The notes: a model not told the origin generated them from the letters alone. A DNA stretch of 21,939 bases from Candidatus Jordarchaeia archaeon (GCA_029856435.1 JAHQXB010000116.1:1-21939); one strand, 5' to 3'; shown: positions 1 to 8,771, counted from the first letter of the stretch. Translations and numbers: made by a program.

Positions 1-315
1 GAACAAGTATAAATTTAGGCATAACAGAATAATTTCTGGGGGAGCCTCCCCTCTTTCAAAAGTTATTTGAAGCATAAAAATAGAACTGGAGTATCCCTCC
101 AAATAAACAAGTTGACAATATCGCTTTTTTCAACTATTGGGAACTTTGTAGGAATAATTTTTGGGAAGGAAAAATTATTTAAGTTAATCTTTTTTATCCC
201 ACAATTAATAATTATATACTATCTAAATATAGTGGAATGGAAAACGTGTTGAAAAGTTCATTTAGTTTTATAATCTTTTGCTCAATTTTTAGCAACATTG
301 GAAAAATACCTAAAT

Positions 316-329
316 CCACTTTAAAGTGG
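316..329. promoter_or_regulatory. Perfect 14-bp palindrome CCACTTTAAAGTGG containing a TATA-like TTTAAA; candidate promoter/operator of the lys operon
   Basis: Read directly from the sequence. It ends 40 bp upstream of the lysW ATG. SD-like GAGGTGA at 355-361. Function is inferred from position. Confidence 0.45.
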
Positions 330-368
330 CTCAAAGATTATTGTTAACATCACAGAGGTGATTGGATA

Positions 369-542
369 ATGGTTAAGGGTAAATGTCCAGAGTGTGGTGC
401 CGATTTGGATCTCGAAGACCCAGTTTTAAGAGAGATTGTTGAGTGCCCAGATTGCGGATCCGAGCTTGAAGTTGTGGCGATAGAAAAGAATAAGGTGCAG
501 CTTAAGGTCGCAGAGATCGAAGGCGAGGATTGGGGCCAATAA
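369..542 (+). CDS. lysW: LysW/ArgW amino-group carrier protein (57 aa, Zn finger), C-terminus EDWGQ
   Basis: Not in the ORF track; translated by hand: MVKGKCPECGADLDLEDPVLREIVECPDCGSELEVVAIEKNKVQLKVAEIEGEDWGQ*. Two CxxC motifs, acidic composition, EDWG motif, SD GAGGTGA, and first position in a lysXYZJK operon. Confidence 0.95.
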   Translation: MVKGKCPECGADLDLEDPVLREIVECPDCGSELEVVAIEKNKVQLKVAEIEGEDWGQ

Positions 543-592
543 GTAACGCTAACATTATTGAAGAAGGGTTGCGTTTATTGAAAAAGATCTAG

Positions 593-1456
593 GTGGGTGA
601 ATTGGTAACTATCGGCATGGTAAGTGATCGGGTGAGATGGGATGAGAAGGCACTAATTCAAGCTGCGCGTAATAAAAATGTCAAATTGGTGGTTATTGAC
701 GCGAAAAGTATTTTCTTAGAAGCTACTGGAAACTGTGATCATATTCCGGAGGCGGACATTTACCTTCAGCGTATGGTGAGCACATTTAAGGGTCTTTATA
801 TCACCAAAATTTTGGAGAGTAAGGGGTATCCAGTAGTTAATTCTTATGACGTTTCCAGTATTTGCGCAGACAAGCTTTTAACAACGCTGGCTTTAACCAA
901 AGCAGGTGTGCCTAGCCCCAGAACATTTTTGGCTGTTGATATAGACTCGGCTCTACAGATTTTAGAGGAACTGAAATATCCTGCAGTAATTAAACCCGTA
1001 TTTGGCAGTTGGGGAAGATTGATCGCTCCGTTAAAGGATCCTCAATCTGCAAAGGCCATAATTGAGAGTAGAGAGTCTATGGGAGCACTTTACCAGATTT
1101 ATTATATTCAGGAATTTGTGGAAAAAGTAAATAATAGGGATATTAGAAGCTTTGTCATTGGTGACGAGGTCGTTACTGCTATTTATCGAGTCGCCGGTCA
1201 AGGCGAGTGGCGCACAAACACTGCGCTTGGAGGACGAGCGGAAATTTGTCCCGTAACCCCTGAGATTGAGGATTTGAGTCTAAGGGCTGCAAAAGCCATT
1301 GGGGAAGGAGTTTATGGGGTAGATATATTAGAAAGCCCGAATGGTATGCTTGTTAATGAAGTTAATCACACGATGGAATATCACACAACTGTACCCTTAA
1401 CAGGTGTGGATATCCCTGGAATGTTAATTGATTATTGTTTGGAGATGTTAAAATGA
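593..1456 (+). CDS. lysX: LysX/ArgX-type ATP-grasp ligase (LysW--aminoadipate/glutamate ligase, RimK family)
   Basis: Motifs IKPVFGSWGR, YIQEF, RDIR, WRTNTALGG and EVNHTME. Follows lysW. The true start may be the TTG at 602 (SD AGGTGGG upstream). Confidence 0.92.
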   Translation: MGELVTIGMVSDRVRWDEKALIQAARNKNVKLVVIDAKSIFLEATGNCDHIPEADIYLQRMVSTFKGLYITKILESKGYPVVNSYDVSSICADKLLTTLALTKAGVPSPRTFLAVDIDSALQILEELKYPAVIKPVFGSWGRLIAPLKDPQSAKAIIESRESMGALYQIYYIQEFVEKVNNRDIRSFVIGDEVVTAIYRVAGQGEWRTNTALGGRAEICPVTPEIEDLSLRAAKAIGEGVYGVDILESPNGMLVNEVNHTMEYHTTVPLTGVDIPGMLIDYCLEMLK

Positions 1457-2502
1457 GAGCTGGAGTTGTTGGAGCTTCAGGATATACGGGTGGAGACCTA
1501 GTAAGACTGTTACTCTTCCACCCTAAAGCCGAGTTAACCTGTGTAACTTCTAGACAGTTTTCCGGAAAATATTTGAGTAGTGTGCACCCGAATCTGAGAG
1601 GGATAACCCAGATAAAGTTTGAAGAGTATGACGTGAACAGGGTTTCTGATAAATGTGACTATGTTTTTCTCAACGTGCCCCACCGAGCTTCTATGAACAT
1701 AGTGCCTGAACTACTTCAAACAGGAGTAAAGGTAATAGATTTGAGTGCGGATTTCAGAATTAAAAGCCAAGAGGTCTATGAGTACTATTATGGTAAACAT
1801 GAACATCCTGAACTATTAGGCAAATCAGTATATGGAATTTCCGAACTTCACAAAGAGGAAATTAAAAAAGCTAACTTGGTTTCCTGTCCAGGATGTCTAG
1901 CTTCAAGCGCCATACTGGGGGCGGCTCCCCTTGTTAGCACAGGGGCTGTAGACTTGAACAGAATAGTAATCGATTCAAAAGTGGGTTCTTCAGCCTCAGG
2001 AAGAGAATTTTCCTTGTCTACCCACCACCCCGAAAGGGCAAATGTCGTGAGACCATATAAGGTTACCAATCACAGGCACACTGCCGAAATTGAGCAGGAA
2101 CTAAGTGCGGTAGCTGGGAAGTCAGTGAAAGTCGCGTTCTCCGCTCATGCAGTAGATATGGTGCGGGGTATTCTATCTACTATACATATGTTTCTGGAAA
2201 AAGAACTTACTGAAAAAGATATTTGGAGTATTTTTCGGGAATTCTATGGCGATGAGCCGTTCATAAGACTAGTTAAGCAGAAAACTGGAATCTACCGATT
2301 GCCGGATCCCAAAGTCGTTGTTGGAACCAACTACTGCGATATTGGCTTCGAGTTAGATGAGCACATGCCACGCATAGTAGTTCTCTCCGCTTTAGATAAT
2401 CTAATTAAGGGGGCTTCGGGACAAGCAGTACAGTGTATGAACATTATGGAAGGTATAGACGAAACTACTGGTCTAACTTTCCCAGGGCTTCACCCATATT
2501 AA
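1453..2502 (+). CDS. lysY: [LysW]-aminoadipate/glutamate-phosphate reductase (ArgC family)
   Basis: Motifs GASGYTG, DLSADFR, catalytic CPGC, SSASG, HRH and DNLIKGASGQAVQ. The ATG at 1453 overlaps the lysX stop (ATGA), so it is preferred over the track start at 1435. Confidence 0.93.
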   Translation: MRAGVVGASGYTGGDLVRLLLFHPKAELTCVTSRQFSGKYLSSVHPNLRGITQIKFEEYDVNRVSDKCDYVFLNVPHRASMNIVPELLQTGVKVIDLSADFRIKSQEVYEYYYGKHEHPELLGKSVYGISELHKEEIKKANLVSCPGCLASSAILGAAPLVSTGAVDLNRIVIDSKVGSSASGREFSLSTHHPERANVVRPYKVTNHRHTAEIEQELSAVAGKSVKVAFSAHAVDMVRGILSTIHMFLEKELTEKDIWSIFREFYGDEPFIRLVKQKTGIYRLPDPKVVVGTNYCDIGFELDEHMPRIVVLSALDNLIKGASGQAVQCMNIMEGIDETTGLTFPGLHPY

Positions 2503-2518
2503 TCGAGGATGCGATTAA

Positions 2519-3331
2519 ATGAAAATAGTGGTAAAAATTGGCGGTAGCTTAATTGATGAGGATTTATCACCCCTAGCGCGCGACGTAAAAGAACTTTCCA
2601 AGGAACACCAGATAGTTATAATACACGGTGGAGCAAAAATTGTCACCGAAATTGCGCAAAAACTGGGTAAAGAGCAAAGATTCGTCACCTCCCCTACTGG
2701 TTTTAGAAGTAGATACACCGATGCTGAAACCGCAGAAATTTACACCATGGTCATAGCAGGTACGGTAAACAAAAAGCTGGTAACAGTTCTATTAAAGGAA
2801 GGTGTGAATGCCATAGGGCTCTCAGGGATTGATGGGGGACTCCTAATAGCAGAAAGAAAGCCAAGAATCAAGGTTAAAGAGGGAAACAAGGTACTCCTAA
2901 TGGATGGTGATTACACAGGAAAAGTGGTGCAAGTTAACACTAAACTCCTAGAACTACTATTAAATGCAGGTTATGTCCCAGTTATAGGCGCAGTAGCAAT
3001 CGGTAAAGAAGGCGAAAACCTGAACGTAGACGGAGACAGGGCAGCTGCAAGTGTTGCAGGAGCCATAAAAGCGGATAAACTGTTAGATATGACAGACGTA
3101 CCCGGAGTTCTCGAGAACGAGAAGATAATAACAAAATTAAGCATATCGGAAGCAAAACAGGCCATGGAGAAAGTTGGCCCTGGTATGCGGAGAAAGATCT
3201 TTGCAGCATTGGAGGCACTACGCGAAGGTGTACCAGAAGTGGTAATAGCTTCTGGAATTGGAGAACACCCCCTCACTAATGCTTTGGAAGAGAAAAACTG
3301 TACGGTGATTACTAATGAGTCAGTCGAATAA
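2519..3331 (+). CDS. lysZ: [LysW]-aminoadipate/glutamate kinase (ArgB family)
   Basis: Motifs VVKIGGS, IHGG, SRYTD, LNVDGDRAA, TDVPG and GMRRK; operon position. Confidence 0.93.
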   Translation: MKIVVKIGGSLIDEDLSPLARDVKELSKEHQIVIIHGGAKIVTEIAQKLGKEQRFVTSPTGFRSRYTDAETAEIYTMVIAGTVNKKLVTVLLKEGVNAIGLSGIDGGLLIAERKPRIKVKEGNKVLLMDGDYTGKVVQVNTKLLELLLNAGYVPVIGAVAIGKEGENLNVDGDRAAASVAGAIKADKLLDMTDVPGVLENEKIITKLSISEAKQAMEKVGPGMRRKIFAALEALREGVPEVVIASGIGEHPLTNALEEKNCTVITNESVE

Positions 3332-4502
3332 TGCCAAAAGATATATGCTTCTAGAAGATACCTACGAAGCCCAAACTTACGCTAAAAGACCCGTAGTAAT
3401 TGTTAGGGGAAAAGGCGCCCTAGTCTGGGACACCGAAGGTAGAGAGTATATAGATTGTGTAGCAGGACATGGGGTAGGCATCACCGGTCACTGTCACCCC
3501 AAGGTCGTAGAAGCCATAAAAAATCAGGCTGAGAAGCTTATCACTTGTTCTGGTATACTATACAACGACGTCAGAGCGGAACTTGTGGAAAAAATAACAA
3601 AAATAGTTCCCAAAGGACTAACAAGAACTTTTCTTTCAAACAGTGGAGCAGAGGCAGTAGAGTGCGCCCTAAAATTGGCTCGTAAATACACAGGCAAGAA
3701 GGAAATTATAGCTATGACTAAAGGATTCCATGGACGTACCTTGGGGGCGCTCTCAGCTACTTGGGAGAAAAAGTACAGGGAGCCTTTTGAACCTTTGATT
3801 CCGGGATTTACCCATGTAAAATTTGGTGACGCTGGAGAAGTTCGAGAGGCTATAAATGAGAAAACTGCTGCGGTTTTGGTGGAGCCTGTACAGGGAGAAG
3901 CAGGAGTTAATCCTGCGCCCAACGGTTATCTGGAGGAGTTAAGAGATATTTGCGATGAAAAGAATGTTCTGTTAATATTTGATGAGGTTCAGACTGGGTT
4001 TGGTAGGACTGGGGAAATGTTTGCCTGTATGCATTGGAAGGTGACTCCTGACATTATGGCCGTGGCTAAAGGAATTGCTGGTGGAGTACCTATGGGTGCT
4101 ACTATTGCTAGAGAGGAGATTATGGGGTCCCTTAAAGAAAGTGAACATGCTTCAACGTTTGGTGGAAACCCACTTGCTTGTGCTGCTGCAAACGCTGCAA
4201 TAGACGTTATAATAGAGGAGAAACTTCCTCAAAGATCTAGGGAATTGGGATTACGCTTAAAAAATAAGTTGGAAACCATTAGGGAGAACTCTAAGATTGT
4301 AAAAGAGGTTAGAGGACTGGGTTTAATGATTGGCATCGATTTACGTTTCAGAGTAAAGGATTATGTGCTAAAATCTTTGGAAAAGGGACTGTTGGTTTTA
4401 ACTTCGGGACTAAGCACCCTCAGACTTCTACCCCCGTTAGTTATTGAAAAGGAACAAATTGATAAAACTGCGGATATTTTGGCGGAGGTATTGGAGACCT
4501 GA
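3315..4502 (+). CDS. lysJ: [LysW]-semialdehyde aminotransferase (class III PLP, ArgD family)
   Basis: Motifs NSGAEAVE, FHGRT, EPVQGEAG, DEVQTGFGRTG, AKGIAGG (PLP lysine) and STFGGNP. Overlaps the lysZ 3' end. Confidence 0.93.
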   Translation: MSQSNNAKRYMLLEDTYEAQTYAKRPVVIVRGKGALVWDTEGREYIDCVAGHGVGITGHCHPKVVEAIKNQAEKLITCSGILYNDVRAELVEKITKIVPKGLTRTFLSNSGAEAVECALKLARKYTGKKEIIAMTKGFHGRTLGALSATWEKKYREPFEPLIPGFTHVKFGDAGEVREAINEKTAAVLVEPVQGEAGVNPAPNGYLEELRDICDEKNVLLIFDEVQTGFGRTGEMFACMHWKVTPDIMAVAKGIAGGVPMGATIAREEIMGSLKESEHASTFGGNPLACAAANAAIDVIIEEKLPQRSRELGLRLKNKLETIRENSKIVKEVRGLGLMIGIDLRFRVKDYVLKSLEKGLLVLTSGLSTLRLLPPLVIEKEQIDKTADILAEVLET

Positions 4503-4505
4503 AGA

Positions 4506-5564
4506 ATGGAGCCTCAAGATTTTCTTAAAAAAATGCTTGAAATCTATAGTCCCTCAGGAAAAGAAGCAGAACTTGCAAACTTTCTCTTCCACCAGATGAA
4601 AGAATTGGGTTTTGATGCAGAGATAGACGAGGTTGGAAACGTCATAGGTAGAATTGGAAAAGGGACTCCAACTCTACTACTCTGCGGTCATATGGATACA
4701 GTTGAAGGATACCTACCAGTACGACTAATTAATGGCGAATTAACTGGTCGGGGAGCAGTTGACGCGAAATCCTCCTTGGCCACCCTTATACTTGCTGCGG
4801 CAAATTTTGTGAATAAAAAAATAAAAGGAAGCATAGTTGTTGTGGGTACAGTGCAAGAGGAGGGAACTTCTGAAGGAATAATACACATAGTAAACAAAGG
4901 TTTAAAGGCAGACTACTCAATTTTTGGAGAACCTTGTAACACCAATTTTATTGTGGTAGGCTATAAAGGAAGCTTAAACGTTGAAATTGAGATTAGAACT
5001 GAACCAGGCCACCCTGCCAACCCTACTGTTAAAAATGCTAGCGAAGAATTAATCTCCATTTGGCTGAAAATTAAGAGTGAGTTAGGGAAACACCAATCCA
5101 AATCAAAGCAGGATTCGGTAAGCATATCCTTAGGACGATTGAATGGTGGTGAAAATCAAAGCACAGCAGAAATAAGGGTCAGGATACCCTTCAAAATGCG
5201 TTGTGACGAAATCTATGAAGTAATAAACCGTATACTTCAAGCACACCAAGAAGAGAACAATGGGGTAAAGGGCATGCTTAAAGTTATAGATAAAACTGAG
5301 CCCTACCAATCTGATAAGAGGTCACCATTAGTAAATGCCTTAAGTAGTTCAATAATGGAAGTTACGGGAGAGGAAGCCCGCCTAATTAAAAAAACTGGAA
5401 CAGGCGATATGAATATTTATGGGAACAGGGTCAAAACTGCGGCTGTTACCTACGGTCCTGGGGATCCTCGCTTAGACCATACGGAATACGAAAAAATATC
5501 TATAAAGCAGTTTTTAGATACAATTGAAATTCTGACTAAGACAATTGAGAAATTGCTGCTCTAA
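4506..5564 (+). CDS. lysK: [LysW]-lysine/ornithine hydrolase (M20 family)
   Basis: Motifs GHMDTV, GRGAVDAK, QEE, GEP, GDMN and YGPGD..LDHT..E. Last gene of the operon. Confidence 0.92.
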   Translation: MEPQDFLKKMLEIYSPSGKEAELANFLFHQMKELGFDAEIDEVGNVIGRIGKGTPTLLLCGHMDTVEGYLPVRLINGELTGRGAVDAKSSLATLILAAANFVNKKIKGSIVVVGTVQEEGTSEGIIHIVNKGLKADYSIFGEPCNTNFIVVGYKGSLNVEIEIRTEPGHPANPTVKNASEELISIWLKIKSELGKHQSKSKQDSVSISLGRLNGGENQSTAEIRVRIPFKMRCDEIYEVINRILQAHQEENNGVKGMLKVIDKTEPYQSDKRSPLVNALSSSIMEVTGEEARLIKKTGTGDMNIYGNRVKTAAVTYGPGDPRLDHTEYEKISIKQFLDTIEILTKTIEKLLL

Positions 5565-5567
5565 AAC

Positions 5568-6650
5568 TTAGATACGTAACGGCTGCTTCTCCATTTTCTC
5601 TTTTTTCTCCTTCCTCTCCTTGATTTTTTGTTCAAGCTCTGAAACTAAAGGAACCATTTCCTCCGACGTTTCAAAGGCCATAACCCTCTTCAACGGTCTC
5701 ATCCATTCCAAAACTAGCGAAGCATGCTCCAATAAACTGAGTACTTGTAATGTGGCCTCTTTGCCAGCTTCGGAAAATATGTTAGCTAGGGTATGAGCTA
5801 AGGTTTCAATGTCTCCTTTTGGCAAAGCATAAGACTTTTCCAGTTTTAAGGGCATACTAAAAGTTATGGGCCCCGTTTTGCTTTCTCTTTTGCTTTCAAA
5901 ATTGATTTCCCCAGTCAGAGAGCATATATAGGTGGTATTTATGTCGGCTTTAAACCTACAGTTCCACTTTGTTTCCCATTTTTCCTCGTCGCTTCTCTTC
6001 TTAGCTATATGCCTCAATATCATTCTACACTTATCAACCATGGGTATAGCTAATACCGAATGTTTTGACTCTCCAAACTTGATAACCTCGTTGTAAAGAG
6101 GCTTCAAAAGTTCCTCCACTCTTTTTCGGAGTTCATTTACTTTAAAGCCCAAAAAAGTTTTTTCAGGTAAACCTCTATCGAGAGCACTTACAAATTTACC
6201 CTCATAAAATTCATATTTAGAAAGAGCGTTGCAATTAGGGCAGCCAAACGCGCCAAACACCCTCCCTTCCAACTCAACAAATTCCTCCTCCAATTCGGAA
6301 TCTAAAAAGAAATCTGTACTGCATTTGGGACAGCTTACTATGACCGGAAAACGATCTATCGAGTCATGATTTTTATATGCACTCACTAATTTCTTCGTTT
6401 CCTCATATATTGATTGAATATCCAAATCAGTAATACTCTTTAAGCCCTGTAAAACTTCGTCTCGATTGTCAATAAGGAGATTTTTAATAATTCTTCGAAA
6501 ATTCTTCTCTCTCTCCTTCCTAGCTTCCTCTGAGACTTCCTTAGCCCTCATAATGATATTTTCCGCTTCCTTCTTGGCAATCTCTAAAATCGAATCCGCC
6601 TTCGCTTTAGCATCCATAATAATTCTGTCAGCATCCCCAGACAAAACCAT
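5568..6650 (-). CDS. Hypothetical protein with N-terminal 11-residue-repeat coiled coil and a central CxxC...CxxC Zn ribbon
   Basis: 360-aa ORF with SD GGAGGTG before the ATG. Repeats ADRIIMDAKAK / ADSILEIAKKE / AENIIMRAKEV; CPKC and CPNC. Convergent with lysK across a 3-bp gap. Confidence 0.8.
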   Translation of the reverse strand: MVLSGDADRIIMDAKAKADSILEIAKKEAENIIMRAKEVSEEARKEREKNFRRIIKNLLIDNRDEVLQGLKSITDLDIQSIYEETKKLVSAYKNHDSIDRFPVIVSCPKCSTDFFLDSELEEEFVELEGRVFGAFGCPNCNALSKYEFYEGKFVSALDRGLPEKTFLGFKVNELRKRVEELLKPLYNEVIKFGESKHSVLAIPMVDKCRMILRHIAKKRSDEEKWETKWNCRFKADINTTYICSLTGEINFESKRESKTGPITFSMPLKLEKSYALPKGDIETLAHTLANIFSEAGKEATLQVLSLLEHASLVLEWMRPLKRVMAFETSEEMVPLVSELEQKIKERKEKKEKMEKQPLRI

Positions 6651-7003
6651 ACACCTCCATCACCTTCCTATGACATATCGTTCCAATAGCACAAGCCAAT
6701 ATCTACAATATTTTCAATAAAGTTCCAAAAAACAATTAGACCTGAACTATACTTATATGAACAAAATGATAAGTGTTTCCTTAGGACGTTTAAAAATTAG
6801 GTTCTCTCTGATTCCCAAACTTGTATAACAGTAAATTAGAGTAAAACTCGAGCCAACAATAACTTAAAATGAACGCGTTGACGTTTAGAATTATGTTTGA
6901 CCTGCTTTTTAATAGTCTAATTTTGGATTACTCTGGAAGGTAGACTGAAACGATTACAATGTCTCTTTAATTGTGAAATTTTGAAATTTACATTAACCAT
7001 TTT

Positions 7004-7966
7004 TTAAAAGAGGCTTTTTTTATCTCCAGAAAGCCAGCCGAATTCTTCTTGAAGAATAGTGAATGCTGCTTGGGGAGGGATTATCCCCTTCTCTGTTATA
7101 ATGAGGTCTATGTAATTCGGTGGGGTAATGTCGAAGGCGGGATTTAAAACCTTGGGGTTTCCAATTTTTTCCAACTCTTCCCTATCAATTACCTCCTCAA
7201 TGTCTCTTTCCTCTATTTCTATGAGTTCGCCTATCAATGTTTCTGGACTAAATTTGTAAGTTTCTGCGGCTACAAAGAAGAGTGTTCTAGCCTCTTTAGC
7301 CACCAGAGCCACAGTGGATGTGCCAATCTTGTTAACTAGGGCGCCATTGGATGAGATGGCGTCGGCGCCCACAATCGCAGTATCTATCTTATTCATATAA
7401 AGTCTTACTGCACTATCAATTATAAGAGTCACATCTATTCCCGCATCTCTCAAAATTTTGCAGGTAATATGACCTTGAAATTTGGGTCTTGTTTCCGTCG
7501 CAAAGACCCTGATCTCCTTATTCTGTTGAGCAGCGTTTACAATGACTGATAAGGCTGCCGCGCTATTGCAATGTGTTAATAGTACATCCCCATTTTTAAT
7601 CCGCTTCGATCCTATCTCGCCTATCCGCTGCACCGCTTTCTGCGAGTTTACTATGAACTCTTCTGCCGCTTTATTCACAATGTCTTTTAATTCTTCTAAG
7701 CTAGGTTTTCTCTCTAATTCTTTTTTCACTCTCTTAGAGACGAATCTAATTCCATTGGGAAGGGAAACTGCAGTTGGACGCGTATTAATAACAATTTCAG
7801 CGGTAGTTCTCAGCTCCTCCAAAAGTTCCTCCACGGTTTTCGCTTTTGAATTTTGAACCGTTATTCTAAGCGTTTTAACCGCTGCTCTAGCAATCTCTCC
7901 CGCGCCTCTAATCTTCATTTCCTTTATGTCTTTTGCGATTCGCTTAACTTCATCTGGAATCAACAA
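7004..7966 (-). CDS. e2b2: Ribose-1,5-bisphosphate isomerase (eIF-2B alpha/beta/delta family)
   Basis: Motifs IRGA, RPTAVSLPN, LTHCNS, ETRP.FQG, GADAI, NKIGT and NPAFDITP. Start is probably a TTG at 7966 or 7963 after GGGGTTGA; the track start at 8017 looks over-extended. Confidence 0.88.
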   Translation of the reverse strand: MLIPDEVKRIAKDIKEMKIRGAGEIARAAVKTLRITVQNSKAKTVEELLEELRTTAEIVINTRPTAVSLPNGIRFVSKRVKKELERKPSLEELKDIVNKAAEEFIVNSQKAVQRIGEIGSKRIKNGDVLLTHCNSAAALSVIVNAAQQNKEIRVFATETRPKFQGHITCKILRDAGIDVTLIIDSAVRLYMNKIDTAIVGADAISSNGALVNKIGTSTVALVAKEARTLFFVAAETYKFSPETLIGELIEIEERDIEEVIDREELEKIGNPKVLNPAFDITPPNYIDLIITEKGIIPPQAAFTILQEEFGWLSGDKKSLF

Positions 7967-8107
7967 ATCAACCCCAAGCAGTATATTATACTTGTTGAAG
8001 ACTATAAACAATTCCAATAAACTTCACTCAATAGTTATGGAATAGGTCTTCGGAAATCTCTGAACTACAGAAAAGGTTCTATACAAAAAAACATTACGCG
8101 TTTTAGA

Positions 8108-8125
8108 TACTTTTCATGAAAAGTA
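8108..8125. promoter_or_regulatory. Perfect 18-bp palindrome TACTTTTCATGAAAAGTA (imperfectly extendable to 8096-8134); candidate operator
   Basis: Read directly. Lies between the Lrp gene 3' end and the isomerase start, just downstream of a minus-strand TATA-like TTATAAG (8161-8155). Confidence 0.55.
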
Positions 8126-8188
8126 ATCTCGCGTTTATTGTACTCCTTTATTAACTTATAATGATAATTAGTTTAGGAGAGTCAAGTT

Positions 8189-8638
8189 CTAAATAGGTAT
8201 CATGTGAGTTTCTTTTCTCGTTTTTAAGGAAAGGTAGCACTCCACTTTTAACAAGCCCTCAATTGATTTTAGTTCTTTTGTGATGAACTCCCTCATTGAT
8301 TCTATATTCCTGTCTCGAACTTTAATGAGAATATTCTTCTCGCCGAATAAAAGGTGTAATTCCAGAATTTCTGGAAAACTCATTAACTTATTGATAATTT
8401 CTTCCTCCTTTGAAGGCTCTACGGCAAGCATTATAAATGCTAAACTTGTAAGTCCTACAGCTTCAGGATTAATGATGGTGGTAAAACCTTCGATGACCCT
8501 TTCTTCTTGGAGCTTTTTTACTCGGTTATACAATGTTGGTTCAGAAATGTTCAGGTCTGTAGCAATCTTTCTAAAAGGTCTCCGAGAGTCTTCCTGAAGG
8601 AGCCTCAGTATTTTCCTATCTACCTCTTTGACCTTCAA
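8189..8638 (-). CDS. Lrp/AsnC family transcriptional regulator
   Basis: N-terminal HTH (DRKILRLLQEDSRRPFRKIA..L.ISE.TL.NRVKKLQEE.VIEGF) plus RAM domain. Start is probably the TTG at 8638 after AGGTGG (track start 8647). Confidence 0.92.
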   Translation of the reverse strand: MKVKEVDRKILRLLQEDSRRPFRKIATDLNISEPTLYNRVKKLQEERVIEGFTTIINPEAVGLTSLAFIMLAVEPSKEEEIINKLMSFPEILELHLLFGEKNILIKVRDRNIESMREFITKELKSIEGLLKVECYLSLKTRKETHMIPI

Positions 8639-8743
8639 AACTGCCACCTGCTCACTTGCACGTCAAGTAGTTAGCTTTACAGAGGCTTTCTCTTTGGAGA
8701 CCCTGCGTACCCTTTTAATATTGTCGCTTGTCTGTTTAATTTA

Positions 8744-8771
8744 TCGCAAAAATAGCTTAAATATTTTGCGA
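8744..8771. promoter_or_regulatory. Inverted repeat TCGCAAAA-N12-TTTTGCGA bracketing a minus-strand TATA-like TTTAAG upstream of the Lrp gene
   Basis: Read directly, about 105-135 bp upstream of the Lrp start. The role is inferred. Confidence 0.4.

Noticed and set aside
38-52. GGGGGA-GCC-TCCCCT mini-hairpin followed by CTTT
   Set aside because: Only a 5-6 bp stem, and the upstream gene is outside the window, so a terminator call cannot be supported.
67-252. 61-aa ORF upstream of lysW
   Set aside because: TTG start without an SD, AT-rich low-complexity product and no motif; likely spurious in a promoter region.
1848-4897. Minus-strand ORFs 1848-2069, 2515-2718, 2971-3276, 2982-3218, 3524-3922 and 4688-4897
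   Set aside because: Antisense shadows of well-supported lys genes with no recognisable motifs.
7004-8017. Calling this gene translation factor eIF-2B or methylthioribose-1-phosphate isomerase
   Set aside because: IRGA, RPTAVSL and THCNS fit the archaeal R15P isomerase subfamily better; MtnA typically has VRGAP and THCNAG.
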